NCBI GenBank assembly: GCA_038260485.1
Contig: JBBSNT010000001.1
Coordinates: 1 to 57,329 of the forward strand
Direction: 5' to 3'
DNA from: Aggregatilineales bacterium
GTDB lineage: Bacteria > Chloroflexota > Anaerolineae > Aggregatilineales > Phototrophicaceae
Length of the DNA stretch: 57,329 nucleotides
Both the position numbers and the translations under genes were made by a program. Positions 56,127 through 57,329 of the stretch are shown piece after piece. Under the pieces are notes generated by a model. The model ran no database searches, was not told the origin of the DNA, and saw only the letters and a program-made list of their open reading frames with translations. Position 1 is the stretch's first letter; each line of letters begins with the position of its first letter.

Positions 56127-56492
56127 ATGGCTCGTATACTCATCGTTGAAGACGATGCGGATTTGTCTGAAACCTATCGGGATTTTCTGGAGAATTGCGG
56201 CTACTCGGTGGTTCTTGCTACAAGGATCGCCGAGGCGACCGAACACCTCTTAGGATCAAAACCTGAGCTTGTCACCCTCGATCTGAATCTACCCGGTGGA
56301 TCCAGTAGCGCAATCGCAGAGTTTATTCGAGTTGCACGGAAAGAAGCGCACGCCAAGATCATTATCATAAGCGGACACTCAGAAAGAATGATGAGTATTG
56401 AGTGGCAGCAAGATGTGGAGTTGGTGTTGGCAAAACCAGTCAATAATCAGCATTTGAAGATAATGATTGACCGACTTCTTGATCTAGGCTAG
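56127..56492 (+). CDS. Single-domain response regulator
   Basis: 'LIVEDD', 'LDLNLPG', 'ISG', 'AKP'. Confidence 0.88.
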   Translation: MARILIVEDDADLSETYRDFLENCGYSVVLATRIAEATEHLLGSKPELVTLDLNLPGGSSSAIAEFIRVARKEAHAKIIIISGHSERMMSIEWQQDVELVLAKPVNNQHLKIMIDRLLDLG

Positions 56493-56515
56493 CGCTTGTC
56501 GGTGAGCATATAGAA

Positions 56516-56899
56516 ATGGACACGCAATCGAAGTTTCTCATCGTTGAGGATAACGCCGGCTCGGTGGAAACGTTTATCGATCTCTTGGAGGCAAGCGAAT
56601 ACTTAGTCACACCTACAGCCAGAGCAACCGACGCAATAAGGCTCGTTGGACGAATCAAACCAGACGTTGTGCTGCTCGATTTGAACCTAGCAAGCTAGTC
56701 CGGGATGGTCGTCATCAGTATCATTCGAAGGTATCCGACCCTGCGGGACACGAAAATGGTAGTCGTGACCGGGCATCCGGAAATGTTGAAGGATTACGAC
56801 GCCTCTCGAGTTGACTTGATCCTGAACAAGCAGATATCAAATCAGCAGTTGTTGGAAACGATCAGGCGATTCAAGCCCACGCAAATACCAGAGGTGTGA
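56516..56899 (+). pseudogene. Single-domain response regulator interrupted by an in-frame TAG
   Basis: ORFs 56516-56698 and 56705-56899 share a frame (...LDLNLAS-TAG-SG-MVVI...VTGH...LNKQ) and together form one receiver domain. Confidence 0.8.
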
Positions 56900-56903
56900 C
56901 GGC

Positions 56904-57197
56904 ATGTTGGAAACAGACATACTCATTAGCTTGCTGCGCAAATTGGGACACGACATGCGTGTTCCGCTAAATACGATCATGTCTACCGGTGACATGCTGG
57001 CGGAAGGTATTTACGATCCACTTACGCCGAAACAGGCACGGGCGATAACCCGCTTACAGCGAAACAACTATCGACTGCTGGCGATCCTTGACGATTTCAT
57101 CACCTACGTCAAAGCGGAGTCCGGTGAGATAATGGTGAACCCTAAGCCGTTCGACCCACGTCAAATGCTCGGCGAATGGGGGAATCAGGTACCCTGA
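56904..57197 (+). pseudogene. Histidine kinase 5' fragment (HisKA only), interrupted by IS insertion
   Basis: H-box 'GHDMRVPLN'. No HATPase follows; the stop TGA lies inside the IS terminal sequence that begins at 57191. Confidence 0.75.
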
Positions 57198-57329
57198 TTG
57201 CTAGTCAGTGATGATGTTGGTGAAGGCAAGGGCAAGCAAACTCGCCCAGGCTTTCAAGTCAAATCCGTAATTCGTGCGAGCGTGCAGATGTTGGATACCC
57301 ATCGCCTCCAATTGGCTATTCACGGTTTC
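57191..57329 (-). mobile_element. End of an IS982-family-like insertion sequence (transposase C-terminus at 57201-57329, runs off the window)
   Basis: The minus strand reads ETVNSQLEAMGIQHLHARTNYGFDLKAWASLLALAFTNIITD*, resembling the IS982 C-terminal 'IET..SQL...AR...G' segment. The terminus starts ACCC (ACCCTGATTGCTAG), as is typical for IS982. Confidence 0.72.

Noticed and set aside
56516-56899. Pyrrolysine or programmed read-through at the TAG
   Set aside because: TAG is used as a normal stop elsewhere in the window, no pyl genes are present, and the neighbouring gene is also disrupted.
1-57329. Numerous overlapping and antisense ORFs in the track (e.g. 3829-4836+, 29408-30271-, 48460-49446-, 1729-2421-)
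   Set aside because: They are shadows of well-supported genes in GC-rich DNA, with no motifs and atypical composition.
1-57329. CRISPR array, tRNA, rRNA, recognisable riboswitch
   Set aside because: No regularly spaced direct repeats or recognisable RNA signatures seen by eye; an Infernal scan would be needed to exclude them fully.

Overview
Bacterial chromosomal segment, most likely from a Chloroflexota (Anaerolineae-like) genome. This is an inference from the membrane-protein and lipoprotein domain types, the REP-like repeats and the lack of outer-membrane export genes. Layout: (i) 1-2.3 kb: partial multi-pass membrane protein and a lipoprotein. (ii) 2.4-28.7 kb: a 22-gene, all-minus-strand surface-polysaccharide locus. 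It encodes Wzc, Wzm/Wzt, a Wzy/WaaL-like protein, five GT2/GT4 enzymes, two HP-motif GT-B transferases, three sulfotransferases, a TylF-type methyltransferase, a pyruvyl-transferase-family protein, a kinase plus nucleotidyltransferase-HAD module, and a NeuB + NeuA-phosphatase + SDR + Gfo nonulosonate module. (iii) 29.4-35.7 kb: ankyrin protein, acidic protein, PLD lipoprotein, large HerA/DUF87-like ATPase and fructosamine kinase, behind a promoter with a LexA-like box. (iv) 35.7-40.6 kb: acylphosphatase, YdeI, an Arf-like small GTPase with an uncharacterised partner, an orphan PyrK-like protein and an SH3 protein, with interspersed REP/REPIN-like hairpins. (v) 40.6-51.9 kb: transketolase and an AraR-like regulator/sugar ABC/PHP hydrolase/glycosidase cluster. 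(vi) 52.2-57.3 kb: a binding-protein + histidine-kinase + stand-alone receiver cluster, decaying at its 3' end (in-frame TAG, IS982-like insertion running off the window). The best candidates for undescribed biology are the eukaryote-like Arf GTPase two-gene module and the heavily decorated, sulfated, KDN-type nonulosonate glycan pathway. All calls are from motif recognition by eye; no database searches were run. No rRNA, tRNA or CRISPR array was seen.
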